Below are positions 17,588 through 26,225 of a stretch of DNA of 64,000 nt, in pieces. Origin of the DNA: an archaeon (GTDB taxonomy: Archaea; Nanobdellota; Nanobdellia; Pacearchaeales; UBA284); assembly GCA_020343435.1 (NCBI GenBank), contig CP070794.1, forward strand, positions 397,209 through 461,208, in the 5' to 3' direction. Positions within the stretch are counted from its first letter, which is position 1. Each line of letters opens with the position of its first letter. The notes below the pieces were generated by a model that ran no database searches, was not told the origin of the DNA, and worked only from the letters and a program-made list of their open reading frames with translations. The translations under genes were made by a program, and so were the position numbers.

Positions 17588-18469
17588 TTAAGGTGAGATA
17601 TATTGACTACAACTAAAAGTTGAAGGATCTGAATAAGTTTTAATTACCACACCTGCTTTTATTGGAAAAGCTACATGAGTGCCTCTTGTTGTTTTATAGG
17701 GCCTATCCCCTAGATAGCCCCCTAAACCAGCATAAGTTGTGGGAAGGTCTTCTCTAAACTTTCCTAATCTTGTTCCCCAGGAGGGATCTATTTCAAAGTT
17801 ACATACTCCATCACAATAAGAGAAGACATTACTATCTTGGTCTGCTCTCCAAGAAAAAAATTGTTTATTTTGTATGGTTGAATCCTCTTTGAATATCCTT
17901 GTATCTACGCTCGCAGTCATTACAACTGGAGGATCATTGGTTCTTATAGGAACCAACATTTCTTTTTCATTATATCTTTTCCAATCTTTTAATTCCCATG
18001 TCATGTCTGCTGCGTTTCCAAGAATTGGTTCTGCCATTCCAGATTTAGACTCCCAATTATAACCATGGTAACGCTCTATAGAATCTGTTAATGCTAAGGT
18101 TAAAGTGCTTCTATACTTTACATTATCTTCTTTTGTTTTGGTTTCAATGTATAGCTTACCAGGTAAGGTATCCAAACAATAGTTATGATCTAATATTAAT
18201 CTACTTGGTTCAAGAGCTTGTATTCCAGTAGCATGAGGATTTACTGGTCTGATTATTGGCTCCTTTTCTAACCCCTTATTAATATCTACAATATATGTAG
18301 ATTCATTACCTAACCAAGAGGTTCCTCCGCTTCTCCCTGGTTCTCTGTATACTTCTCTAGTGCAATCAAAAGGTTCTGGTTCTGAAACTTTAGATTGTGG
18401 ATCTCTTTTACAACATAAAGGAGCTGTTAGAAGTGCTAATGCTAATATTGTTACAAGGGTTCTTCCCAT
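17588..18469 (-). CDS. Orphan secreted/lipoprotein-like protein
   Basis: The signal MGRTLVTILALALLTAPLCC is followed by a 270-aa domain with no recognisable motif. G+C is visibly higher than in flanking genes. Confidence 0.45.
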   Translation of the reverse strand: MGRTLVTILALALLTAPLCCKRDPQSKVSEPEPFDCTREVYREPGRSGGTSWLGNESTYIVDINKGLEKEPIIRPVNPHATGIQALEPSRLILDHNYCLDTLPGKLYIETKTKEDNVKYRSTLTLALTDSIERYHGYNWESKSGMAEPILGNAADMTWELKDWKRYNEKEMLVPIRTNDPPVVMTASVDTRIFKEDSTIQNKQFFSWRADQDSNVFSYCDGVCNFEIDPSWGTRLGKFREDLPTTYAGLGGYLGDRPYKTTRGTHVAFPIKAGVVIKTYSDPSTFSCSQYISP

Positions 18470-18522
18470 GTTTTTTATAAGATACTCTAACTTTTAACTT
18501 TTTCTAGAATAAAATAGATAAA

Positions 18523-18645
18523 TCCCAGCGGCCGGACTCGAACCGGCATCCTCACGGGTTCTGCCGCGCGTAAGCGAACGCATGCTCGAGCCTTACGCAT
18601 AAGCATAGGCTACAGCCGTGCGCTCCACCGTTGAGCTACACTGGG
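18523..18645 (-). tRNA. tRNA-Tyr (GTA) with a 51-nt intron at the canonical 37/38 position
   Basis: Reverse complement: acceptor CCCAGTG/CGCTGGG with C1:G72, anticodon stem CACGG/CCGTG, loop CTGTAG|intron|C, T arm GCCGG-TTCGAGT-CCGGC. Confidence 0.85.
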
Positions 18646-18678
18646 ATAGAAATACTAAGAATTTGTATTTTTAAAGGT

Positions 18679-19956
18679 TTATGGAAGAAGTCTTTCAGTA
18701 TCTCTTGGAGAGAAAGTTGCTTCTCTAACATTTCCTAATCCCAACATTTGGGTTATAACCCTTGTTGGGCTTAACCCAAAACCAGCGTGTTTTGGACAGC
18801 CATATTTGAAAAAGTCAACATAAAATTGTAAAGGTTTTAAGTTAAGTTTCATTTCTTTAGCTTGTTTTTGTAATATCTCTGCTCTGTGCTCTCTTTGAGA
18901 TCCTGTTGTGATTTCAACACCATTATAAATTAGATCAAAACTCATTGTTAGTTTTGGTGATTCTCTCATATGGTAAAATGGCCTTTCTGAAATAGGATAA
19001 TGGGTGACAAAAACAAAATCATGTTTGTATTTTTTCTTAACATACTCTCCTAATTTCTTTTCTGCAGAAGTGTCTAATCTTTTTGTTTTTATAGCTTTCA
19101 AAGCATCTTGATACTTAATTCTTGGAAAAGGAGTTTTAGGAATTGTTATTTTTATTCCAAAAACTTTTTCTATTTGTTGCCCATATTTCTTTTTTACTTG
19201 TTCTAATGAATATTTTATCCATCTTTCTTTAAAATCCATTAATTCTTTCCAATCTATCCAAGATATTTCAACATCTAAGGAAGTGTATTCTGTATCATGT
19301 CTTGTTGTGTGGGAAGGATTTGCTCTAAATACTGGAGCAATTTCAAAAACTTTTTCAAAACCTGCAGCCATAGCCATTTGTTTGTAGATTTGTGGGGATT
19401 GAGCTAAGTAAGCTTTTTTATTGAAATAAGGAACTTCAAATAATTCTGCTGCCCCTTCTGAAGGAATTCCCATAAGTTTTGGAGAGTGTAATTCTATTAA
19501 CCCCTCTTTTATGAAAAATTCTCTTGTTGCTCTTTCAAATTCTGTAGAAACTCTGAATATTAAGAGATGTTTTGGTTTTCTTAGATCTAAAAAACGCCAG
19601 TCTAATCTTTTGGATAAGTCTGTTTTAATACTTTTATCTTTTTCATTAACTAAAATGGGTAGTTTTGCAGCTTTGTTTAATAAGGTTATACCTTTTATTT
19701 CAACTTCAACATTGCTTCTTGCTTCTTCATGTTTTACTTTAGCTTCTTTTGCTTTTCCTTTGATTTCAACAACTGATTCTAAACTTAGATCTGAGAATTT
19801 TTTGAATAATTTTGAATCTTTAATAAAACACTGAACTACTCCAGTTACATCTCTTAATAATAAGAATTTGATTTTAGCTAGATCTCTTAATTCATGTACA
19901 AAACCTTGTAAAAATACTTCTCCTCTTTTGATATCTTGGATATAAGTTCTTTTCAT
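18679..19956 (-). CDS. aspS: Aspartyl-tRNA synthetase (archaeal class IIb)
   Basis: Motifs AYLAQSPQIYKQ, FRANPSHTTRH and GFGLSPTRV, with a C-terminal FSPRDTERLLP. Confidence 0.85.
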   Translation of the reverse strand: MKRTYIQDIKRGEVFLQGFVHELRDLAKIKFLLLRDVTGVVQCFIKDSKLFKKFSDLSLESVVEIKGKAKEAKVKHEEARSNVEVEIKGITLLNKAAKLPILVNEKDKSIKTDLSKRLDWRFLDLRKPKHLLIFRVSTEFERATREFFIKEGLIELHSPKLMGIPSEGAAELFEVPYFNKKAYLAQSPQIYKQMAMAAGFEKVFEIAPVFRANPSHTTRHDTEYTSLDVEISWIDWKELMDFKERWIKYSLEQVKKKYGQQIEKVFGIKITIPKTPFPRIKYQDALKAIKTKRLDTSAEKKLGEYVKKKYKHDFVFVTHYPISERPFYHMRESPKLTMSFDLIYNGVEITTGSQREHRAEILQKQAKEMKLNLKPLQFYVDFFKYGCPKHAGFGLSPTRVITQMLGLGNVREATFSPRDTERLLP

Positions 19957-19964
19957 AGTCTTAA

Positions 19965-21392
19965 TTATTTAGTATACTTTTTAAGGATTTCTGAAGCCTC
20001 AGCAGGATTGACTTTTCCTTTGAAATGTTTCATTACCAAGCCCATGTATGCATTTAAGGATAATCCTGGTTTTGAAGCAACTATTTCTTGAACAAAGGCT
20101 TCTAAATCTCTTGGATCTATTGATTCTGTTTTTAATGCTTGTTCTATTGATTTACCTTTTATTATTTCTAACATTAGTTGTTTAGCTTGAGATTCTTGTA
20201 TTTCTTTTTTCCTGGTTTTTTCTAATAGAGATTCTAAGATATCTAAGGGTAATTTTTTTTCAATTTCTTGTATCTTGATTTTTTCATGGCTTGCTATTTC
20301 TTTTGGCCATAGTATTAAGAATTTGACTACAAGATCTGGTTTATTGTATGCTTTTAGTAAAGATTTGAATTCTTGTAATTTTCTTTCTTTTAATATTAAT
20401 TTGATCATTTCAGGATTCATCCCTTTTTCTTTTAATTCTAATTTTATTGTTTCGTGTAATTTTGGAATGTTTTTCTTTGCTTCATCAACATAAGATTTTG
20501 TATAGATCAAAGGCACATCTGTTTCAGGATACATTCTTGCTGATCCTGGTAGTGGTCTTAAGAAACTTGTTGTTCCATCTTCATTTGCTTTTCTAACTTC
20601 TGGTTTCCCCTCTTTTGATTTTGCTTGTCTTTTTGCTTCATATTCTAAAACTTTTTCAAATAGATATGGTTCTTGAACTCCTTTTATTTCAACTCTTGGA
20701 TGTTTTGGAGTACTGATGTTTAGATCTTGTCTTATTGTTCCAATTCCTCTTTTAACTTTACAAGCTCTGAGAATTTCTCCGATTTTTAATGCAGCTATTT
20801 TAGCTTCTTTTGGTGTTGTGATATCTGGTTTGGTTACAATCTCAACTAAAGGAATTCCCAATCTATCTAATCTGAAGGTTACAGAACTCTTATCTCTTCT
20901 TATTTCTCTTGCAGCATCCTCTTCTAATGTTATTGATTGAATTCCTATTTTTTTCTTTTTTCCTTCTAATTCTATTTCAAAGAATCCATCTTCTGCAACT
21001 AATGCTGTTCTTTGAAAGCCTGATACGCATGATCCGTTTATGATTGTTTTTCTCATAACTTGAACTGCTGGAAAAATTCTTGATTTGAATATTAAAGCTA
21101 ATTGTAATGCTATTATCAAAGCATCTTTATTTATTTCATGTGGGGGTTCTTCATCCAATTCTACTAAGCAGCTAACGTCTTTGTAAAATTCGTAAATGAA
21201 AGTTTTATCTTTTAGTTCCTCGTGATAAGCTGCTACATCTACTTTTCCAGACTCTCCTGCTACTGCTTTTATTTTTCTTCTTATTACTTTATCTGGTTTA
21301 TCTTGTTTTAAGATAGAAGGACATGAACAGAATAACTTATTTGTATCTAACTGTTGATGTATTTCTATACCTGCTTTTATTTTTTCAGACAT
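19965..21392 (-). CDS. Asp/Glu-tRNA amidotransferase subunit of the GatB/GatE family
   Basis: N-terminal AGIEIHQQLDTNKLFCSCPS and a C-terminal YqeY-like tail (YMGLVMKHFKGKVNPAEASEILKKY). The 475-aa length matches GatB. Confidence 0.8.
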   Translation of the reverse strand: MSEKIKAGIEIHQQLDTNKLFCSCPSILKQDKPDKVIRRKIKAVAGESGKVDVAAYHEELKDKTFIYEFYKDVSCLVELDEEPPHEINKDALIIALQLALIFKSRIFPAVQVMRKTIINGSCVSGFQRTALVAEDGFFEIELEGKKKKIGIQSITLEEDAAREIRRDKSSVTFRLDRLGIPLVEIVTKPDITTPKEAKIAALKIGEILRACKVKRGIGTIRQDLNISTPKHPRVEIKGVQEPYLFEKVLEYEAKRQAKSKEGKPEVRKANEDGTTSFLRPLPGSARMYPETDVPLIYTKSYVDEAKKNIPKLHETIKLELKEKGMNPEMIKLILKERKLQEFKSLLKAYNKPDLVVKFLILWPKEIASHEKIKIQEIEKKLPLDILESLLEKTRKKEIQESQAKQLMLEIIKGKSIEQALKTESIDPRDLEAFVQEIVASKPGLSLNAYMGLVMKHFKGKVNPAEASEILKKYTK

Positions 21393-21422
21393 GTATAAGA
21401 AAAAGGATTCTAATTAATAAAT

Positions 21423-21782
21423 TTAACCACTTAATCTATAACTCTCTGCTTTCCCCTTATTTGCAACTGCTACAGCAATAGGAACACAATAAGAGCCTCC
21501 TGAAAGATCCATAACAACCACTTTTTCGGGAATGTCTGGACCAAAATTAAGAACATATCCTCTCCTAGAAACATGATCTTTTGCACCTAATGGGATATGG
21601 GGGGTTGAATGATCAATCGGGCCAAGTTCTCTTTCTAAACTTAAAAGTGCAGATTCTGGAGCAAACTCTCTTGTGGTTCTTGGTTCAAGGGTTGTTAATA
21701 CTCCATGAAACCATTCCTCTAGGGCATCTTGTCTAGCTCCAATTTTTGCATTTCTTGATCTAACGACTGTTTCATCCTTCAT
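21423..21782 (-). CDS. Hypothetical protein (orphan)
   Basis: 119-aa ORF with elevated G+C, lying just outside the left end of the integrated element. Confidence 0.4.
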   Translation of the reverse strand: MKDETVVRSRNAKIGARQDALEEWFHGVLTTLEPRTTREFAPESALLSLERELGPIDHSTPHIPLGAKDHVSRRGYVLNFGPDIPEKVVVMDLSGGSYCVPIAVAVANKGKAESYRLSG

Positions 21783-21842
21783 TTTAACAATAGATCCAGA
21801 AAAAGATGGTTTTTAAATATTTATATTCGGAAATATATAAAA

Positions 21843-21854
21843 ATGCTCCCGCCG
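21843..21854 (+). repeat. Distal att-like direct repeat (copy of the tRNA-Glu 3' end)
   Basis: ATGCTCCCGCCG is identical to 28960-28971. It is a G+C-rich 12-mer inside a 276-nt AT-rich non-coding spacer. Confidence 0.65.
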
Positions 21855-21870
21855 TAAGCGGAACAAGAAT

Positions 21871-21881
21871 GACAGTGCTCT
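21871..21881 (+). repeat. Left inverted repeat just inside the element end
   Basis: GACAGTGCTCT is the exact reverse complement of 28937-28947. Confidence 0.6.
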
Positions 21882-22058
21882 CACTGTTTAATTTTTATTA
21901 TGTCTGTTACGACTATTTATCGAGGAGATTGAACTTTATATATTTTATGTTTTTGTATAAGAAAAAAGATTTTTTCAACATAGAAAAGATTATAAAGGCT
22001 TAAATTATTAGTTTTTTGGGGTGGTGGTCACCAGAAACCTTATTCTGAGATTAACAAA

Positions 22059-22367
22059 ATGACCTGGTTTACAAAACAATTAAGTGATGGAAGATTTTTT
22101 CATGCTGGAAGAGTCTATAGAGAAATCCCACTTCCAAAAGAAGATTCTTTACCAGAAGAGTATAGAGGCAAAATTGTAGATGTTATGTATGGCTCTATCA
22201 CTGGAACTGAAAGAGAGCATTCTGGAGGCACTCAAGCAATGATTGTTGAATCAGAAGGAATGGAAAGATTGGTTTTTGAAAAAGGAAAATGGAATGGTGT
22301 TGATCCTAACCTTAAACCAGTGTTTACTATTGCCGATAGAATAGCTAATGAAGCTGGCGGTTTCTAA
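22059..22367 (+). CDS. Hypothetical protein (element cargo)
   Basis: 102-aa ORF with elevated G+C and no recognisable motif. Confidence 0.45.
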   Translation: MTWFTKQLSDGRFFHAGRVYREIPLPKEDSLPEEYRGKIVDVMYGSITGTEREHSGGTQAMIVESEGMERLVFEKGKWNGVDPNLKPVFTIADRIANEAGGF

Positions 22368-22438
22368 TTTTCAATTTCATTATATCTATTTGCATTATAT
22401 TAAAGACAAGCTAAGAAATAGTAAATTCTAAATAATAT

Positions 22439-24046
22439 TTATTGTTTTTTGTTTTTTTCTGGATCATAGTTAATTATTTTAAAAACAAAAGCCCCATTAG
22501 CATGAGAGATATCCGCTACATTATAATCCCCCGATATTAAAACACATCCATTATTTTTTGAAATCATATCATACAATTTTTTGTCAGCATCAAAAGGATC
22601 TGTTATCTCATAATCTTTTGTTGTTATCTTTATTTTTCCTGATTGTTGAAACATCTTTAATTTTTCTAATTCTTTTTGTGCACCTCTTTTCTGAGATAAT
22701 CGAATTGTTTCAATTTCATCCAAAATTTTAAATGGTTGAATTACACAACAACCCTCAAATATTGGTTTTTCTGAATTAAAATCTTTACTTAATATGCCTG
22801 CAACATAGGCGTTGGTATCACATATGATGTGGGTAAATTTTTTTCTTAAACAATCCTTTTCTATTATCTTATTACATTTAGAACAATGATAATTAATCTT
22901 TTTCTTTTGTGGATTATAATATATAAGGATTTTGCTTATTTCTTCTTTGCAGTTGGGACATAAGAATTTTAGTTCTATTTGTTTTTTTGGATATCTTTGT
23001 TCTATTTCTTTAACATTACTCCATTTTTTTCTTACAAAATCTGGGAACTCTAAAGAAGGGTGTGATTTTCTGAAGACCCTTAACCATTTTCCGGTTATGT
23101 CATTACTTGCCCCCTTTCCAAAACTAATACTTTTTTTATTATCATATAATGTATTTAATCTATTTAATTCTTCCATTTTTGAAAGTCTTATTTGTCTTGC
23201 AACAATAGAGGCCAGCTTTACGGCAGTAACATTTTCATCCATTTTACTTTTACAAATAAATTCAATCTTATTTTTCTTCAAATTTTCCAAGTATTTTTGC
23301 AATTTATCTCTGATATTATAATTATCAATTACCAATAGAAAATTCTGATTTACAACATTTGAATATTTTCTTATAAGATTAATATATTTATTATCCATCA
23401 AACGATTTAAATTAAAAGGAAAATTAGTGATTTCTAAAGAAGAGATAATTTCATAATAATACTTTATTTTGTATTCTCGTAATAAACTACAATAATAATT
23501 TAATTCTTTTAAACTTAGGGTTTTTATATCTCTTTTTAAATCTTTAAATAGAAGTAGTTTGTCTTTAGGTAGCAATACCGAACCAAAAACCATCGGACCA
23601 ATACATTCTCCTTTTCCAGCTTCATCAAATCCGATAATGCATTCTTTCAATTCATATAATTTTGATTCATCAATTTCTATTGCTTTTGCCTTATCTCTTC
23701 TCTTAATAAATGTTAAATTAATTGAATTTTTTAAAAAAGAACTTATTTTCTCAAAAAAATCCCCTTCTTTTCCTTGTAATAGGCATTTCCCAGTACCATA
23801 AAAAATTAGATTTAGGGAATCCTTATTATTGGATAGTATTAATTTTAAGATTATATTTTGTTTTTCATCTTTACTTTCAACAATTATCCTAAATTTGTTT
23901 CTAATTAATTCTTTTATTTTCTTAATTTCACTTAGATTAAACTGGAATGTTTCTGAACTCATTTTGATTAACCAAGAATAAACATCAGCAGCACTGATGG
24001 CTTCATATCCTTCAGCAACCTCTGCGATTGAACCCTTGCGGGGCAT
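22439..24046 (-). CDS. RNase HIII-like domain / zinc ribbon / PIN-domain fusion protein
   Basis: An N-terminal RNase HIII-type segment (LIFYGTGKCLLQGKEG) is followed by a type-2 RNase H core (GFDEAGKGECIGPMVFG ... DENVTAVKLASIVAR). Then come CPNC..17 aa..CSKC and a PIN-like C-terminus (IICDTNAYV, LDEIE, DADKKL, ISGDYNVADISHANGAFV). Confidence 0.6.
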   Translation of the reverse strand: MPRKGSIAEVAEGYEAISAADVYSWLIKMSSETFQFNLSEIKKIKELIRNKFRIIVESKDEKQNIILKLILSNNKDSLNLIFYGTGKCLLQGKEGDFFEKISSFLKNSINLTFIKRRDKAKAIEIDESKLYELKECIIGFDEAGKGECIGPMVFGSVLLPKDKLLLFKDLKRDIKTLSLKELNYYCSLLREYKIKYYYEIISSLEITNFPFNLNRLMDNKYINLIRKYSNVVNQNFLLVIDNYNIRDKLQKYLENLKKNKIEFICKSKMDENVTAVKLASIVARQIRLSKMEELNRLNTLYDNKKSISFGKGASNDITGKWLRVFRKSHPSLEFPDFVRKKWSNVKEIEQRYPKKQIELKFLCPNCKEEISKILIYYNPQKKKINYHCSKCNKIIEKDCLRKKFTHIICDTNAYVAGILSKDFNSEKPIFEGCCVIQPFKILDEIETIRLSQKRGAQKELEKLKMFQQSGKIKITTKDYEITDPFDADKKLYDMISKNNGCVLISGDYNVADISHANGAFVFKIINYDPEKNKKQ

Positions 24047-24258
24047 CCGGCATATCTGCCATCATACCACACTGCTATTCTTATTAATATTCTTATTCTT
24101 TTAAATGTTTAGTTATTTAATTATCCAAATACTTTAATTAAATTTGAAAAGACAGATATAAATTCTTTTCTATTCTAAAAATTGTAACAAAAGAAATATA
24201 TTCAAAATATGCTGGCTTCTTCTGACTTTTTTATTAAAATTTAATAATATTTATATAT

Positions 24259-24615
24259 TTGAATCAACTTGTCTTCATTATGAAAAAACATGATTGGTTT
24301 GAAGATTTAAAAGGAACTATAAGAAAATTCAAGAATATTGACAATGCTATTGCATGCTTTAAGTTCAAATATGAAAGAGAAATGCAATTGCCACAATGGG
24401 TTTTAGGGATTGGTATTGCTATGCTTCTATCCTCAAATATTTCAAGTATCATTCAATCTAATTCAGATTTTTTAAAGATAACTGGAATAGTGGGATATGT
24501 TGTATCATTGGTTCTTTTTTTGGTTGGTATCATCTTGTTGATTGTTTTATCAAATCGCCAAAAAAAAGCTATGAGTTATTTATATTTAGAAAAAGATAAG
24601 AAAAATAAAAAATGA
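24259..24615 (+). CDS. Small membrane protein (element cargo)
   Basis: Two predicted TM helices. The probable true start is the ATG at 24280. The gene overlaps the next gene by 4 nt. Confidence 0.5.
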   Translation: MNQLVFIMKKHDWFEDLKGTIRKFKNIDNAIACFKFKYEREMQLPQWVLGIGIAMLLSSNISSIIQSNSDFLKITGIVGYVVSLVLFLVGIILLIVLSNRQKKAMSYLYLEKDKKNKK

Positions 24616-25325
24616 ACTTCAAAGAGATTAAGATAATAATTGGATTTGTAATACTTTTTCTCCTTCTATTTAGTATCCCAAGCATCTTCGCTTTCCGAGA
24701 CCCCCTCTTAGTAAAATTGATTAACAACAGCGAATGCAGAGATGCCCTTAATATTGCTTCAGAGAATGATATATTAGAAATAAGTCTTCCAAAAAATTTC
24801 AATTGCAAGGATGTAACAATTGAGATGAATTTTAGTGGAAATATATGTCGTTGTGATGGTCTTAGAGACAATTATTTTCATGATTCTGTTGGCGAAGAAA
24901 AATATAATTATACTAACAATCTTTATTTCTGTTTATTAACTTTTAAAAATGCATATGATAGTTGTTGTTGCCCCCATTATTCTGGGAAAAAAAATTGTAT
25001 AGAAACAGATTTGATCAATAATAAGTTTGACATAAAGATAGGTTATTCTGAGAGTTATGGTCAACCTTATTTGTTTAATAAAACTCTTAAAGTAATACAT
25101 CAAGAAGATTTGGAAAAAGAATGCAAAATCTGGAATTTCGAGAAAACTGGAATTAATGTTGGTATCCCTTTAATTATTATTTCTGGGATTTGTTCGATTA
25201 TTGGTTTTTATCTTTCTAAAAAAGGAAAGACACAAAAACTAAAAAAGATAGGTACAACAATGGCTATATTGGGAGTTATAATAACTATAATTTTAGCGGT
25301 ATTGAATAGATTTAAAATTTTGTAA
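24612..25325 (+). CDS. Cys-rich membrane-anchored exposed protein (element cargo)
   Basis: N-terminal signal/TM, a Cys-rich ectodomain with N-x-S/T sequons, and two C-terminal TM helices. Confidence 0.5.
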   Translation: MNFKEIKIIIGFVILFLLLFSIPSIFAFRDPLLVKLINNSECRDALNIASENDILEISLPKNFNCKDVTIEMNFSGNICRCDGLRDNYFHDSVGEEKYNYTNNLYFCLLTFKNAYDSCCCPHYSGKKNCIETDLINNKFDIKIGYSESYGQPYLFNKTLKVIHQEDLEKECKIWNFEKTGINVGIPLIIISGICSIIGFYLSKKGKTQKLKKIGTTMAILGVIITIILAVLNRFKIL

Positions 25326-25350
25326 ATTCTGACTTAGTCCACAAAAAACA

Positions 25351-25746
25351 TTATACTATTTTTTCTTTATAGGTTATGGAACTACAATTAGGACATTTTC
25401 TCAATTTATTTAAAGAATCTTGTAAAGCATTTTTATTGCGATTAGTTTGCATACCTGCACCAGCAGCAAGCCAACTTCCCGCTAACATACCAAAACCAGT
25501 AGCAACTTGATAAGATCTATTTTTCTTTAATTCTCTTTCAAGTTCCTTCTCTTTTAATACAGAAGAATACCAAACTTTCCCACAGCGATTGCATTTTCTT
25601 TTATATTCCTTATTATCAATTTTTTGTTTTTTGCCATACTGTTTCTTGCACTTAATACTGCAAAATCTTTTATCTTTGGTTCTATAAACTAAACCTGTCT
25701 TAAGATTTCCAAGTTTTTTATTGCAGTTCGGACAAAAAGATACCAT
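25351..25746 (-). CDS. Double zinc-ribbon protein with a central Gly-zipper hydrophobic segment (element cargo)
   Basis: CPNC..CSIKC, CNRCGKVW and CPNC motifs, plus GFGMLAGSWLAAGAGM in the middle. Confidence 0.5.
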   Translation of the reverse strand: MVSFCPNCNKKLGNLKTGLVYRTKDKRFCSIKCKKQYGKKQKIDNKEYKRKCNRCGKVWYSSVLKEKELERELKKNRSYQVATGFGMLAGSWLAAGAGMQTNRNKNALQDSLNKLRKCPNCSSITYKEKIV

Positions 25747-25748
25747 TG

Positions 25749-25813
25749 TATATTTTTGTAGATATGTAGTTTTATAGTAATGGCTTATATATAAAGATTT
25801 CTACAAAAATATA
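25749..25813. promoter_or_regulatory. Divergent promoter region bracketed by a 14-bp inverted repeat
   Basis: TATATTTTTGTAGA (25749-25762) and TCTACAAAAATATA (25800-25813) flank central TATA-like boxes between the zinc-ribbon gene and the RHH gene. Confidence 0.4.
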
Positions 25814-25821
25814 TCTCTACA

Positions 25822-25959
25822 ATGGCAAAACCAAAAAGACAAGTAAGTTTCTTTATTGAAACAGATTTATGGAAAAAGTTTTCTAAAAAATGTATAGATA
25901 AGGACAAGTCAAAGACAGAAGCTCTTGTAGAATTAATCAAAGGATTCTTAGGAGACTAA
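25822..25959 (+). CDS. Small ribbon-helix-helix (CopG-like) protein, 45 aa
   Basis: MAKPKRQVSFFIETDLWKKFSKKCIDKDKSKTEALVELIKGFLGD shows a beta-strand/helix/helix pattern. It is below the length cut-off of the ORF track. Confidence 0.45.
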   Translation: MAKPKRQVSFFIETDLWKKFSKKCIDKDKSKTEALVELIKGFLGD

Positions 25960-26225
25960 GCATAAGTATATACTCATGCAGAAAAAACTACTGTTGTATT
26001 ACCATTACAAAAGTCATAAGGAAGCAAATTCTATAACTTAAGGACTTTTGGCATGTTTCTATTAGTTTTTTGCTGAATAAATTTTTTTAGAAAATCTTAT
26101 AGAAATATGTTTAGTTTCCTATGGATTTTGTCTGTTTTTCTCGAAGCTTGGTAAAAATAATCTTGTCACTAAGTCTAATATTCTTCTTCATGGGGAGCTA
26201 AAAGGGTGGGTGCTCTGAGAGAGAG

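Noticed and set aside
21806-22003. 65-aa ORF spanning the att-like repeat
   Set aside because: It runs through an AT-rich spacer containing the repeat elements, has an implausible composition and no ribosome-binding context. I treat it as non-coding.
24076-24097. Tandem TATTCTTATT repeated with 12-bp period (possible iterons or origin in the element)
   Set aside because: There are only two copies in very AT-rich DNA, which is too little to distinguish from chance.
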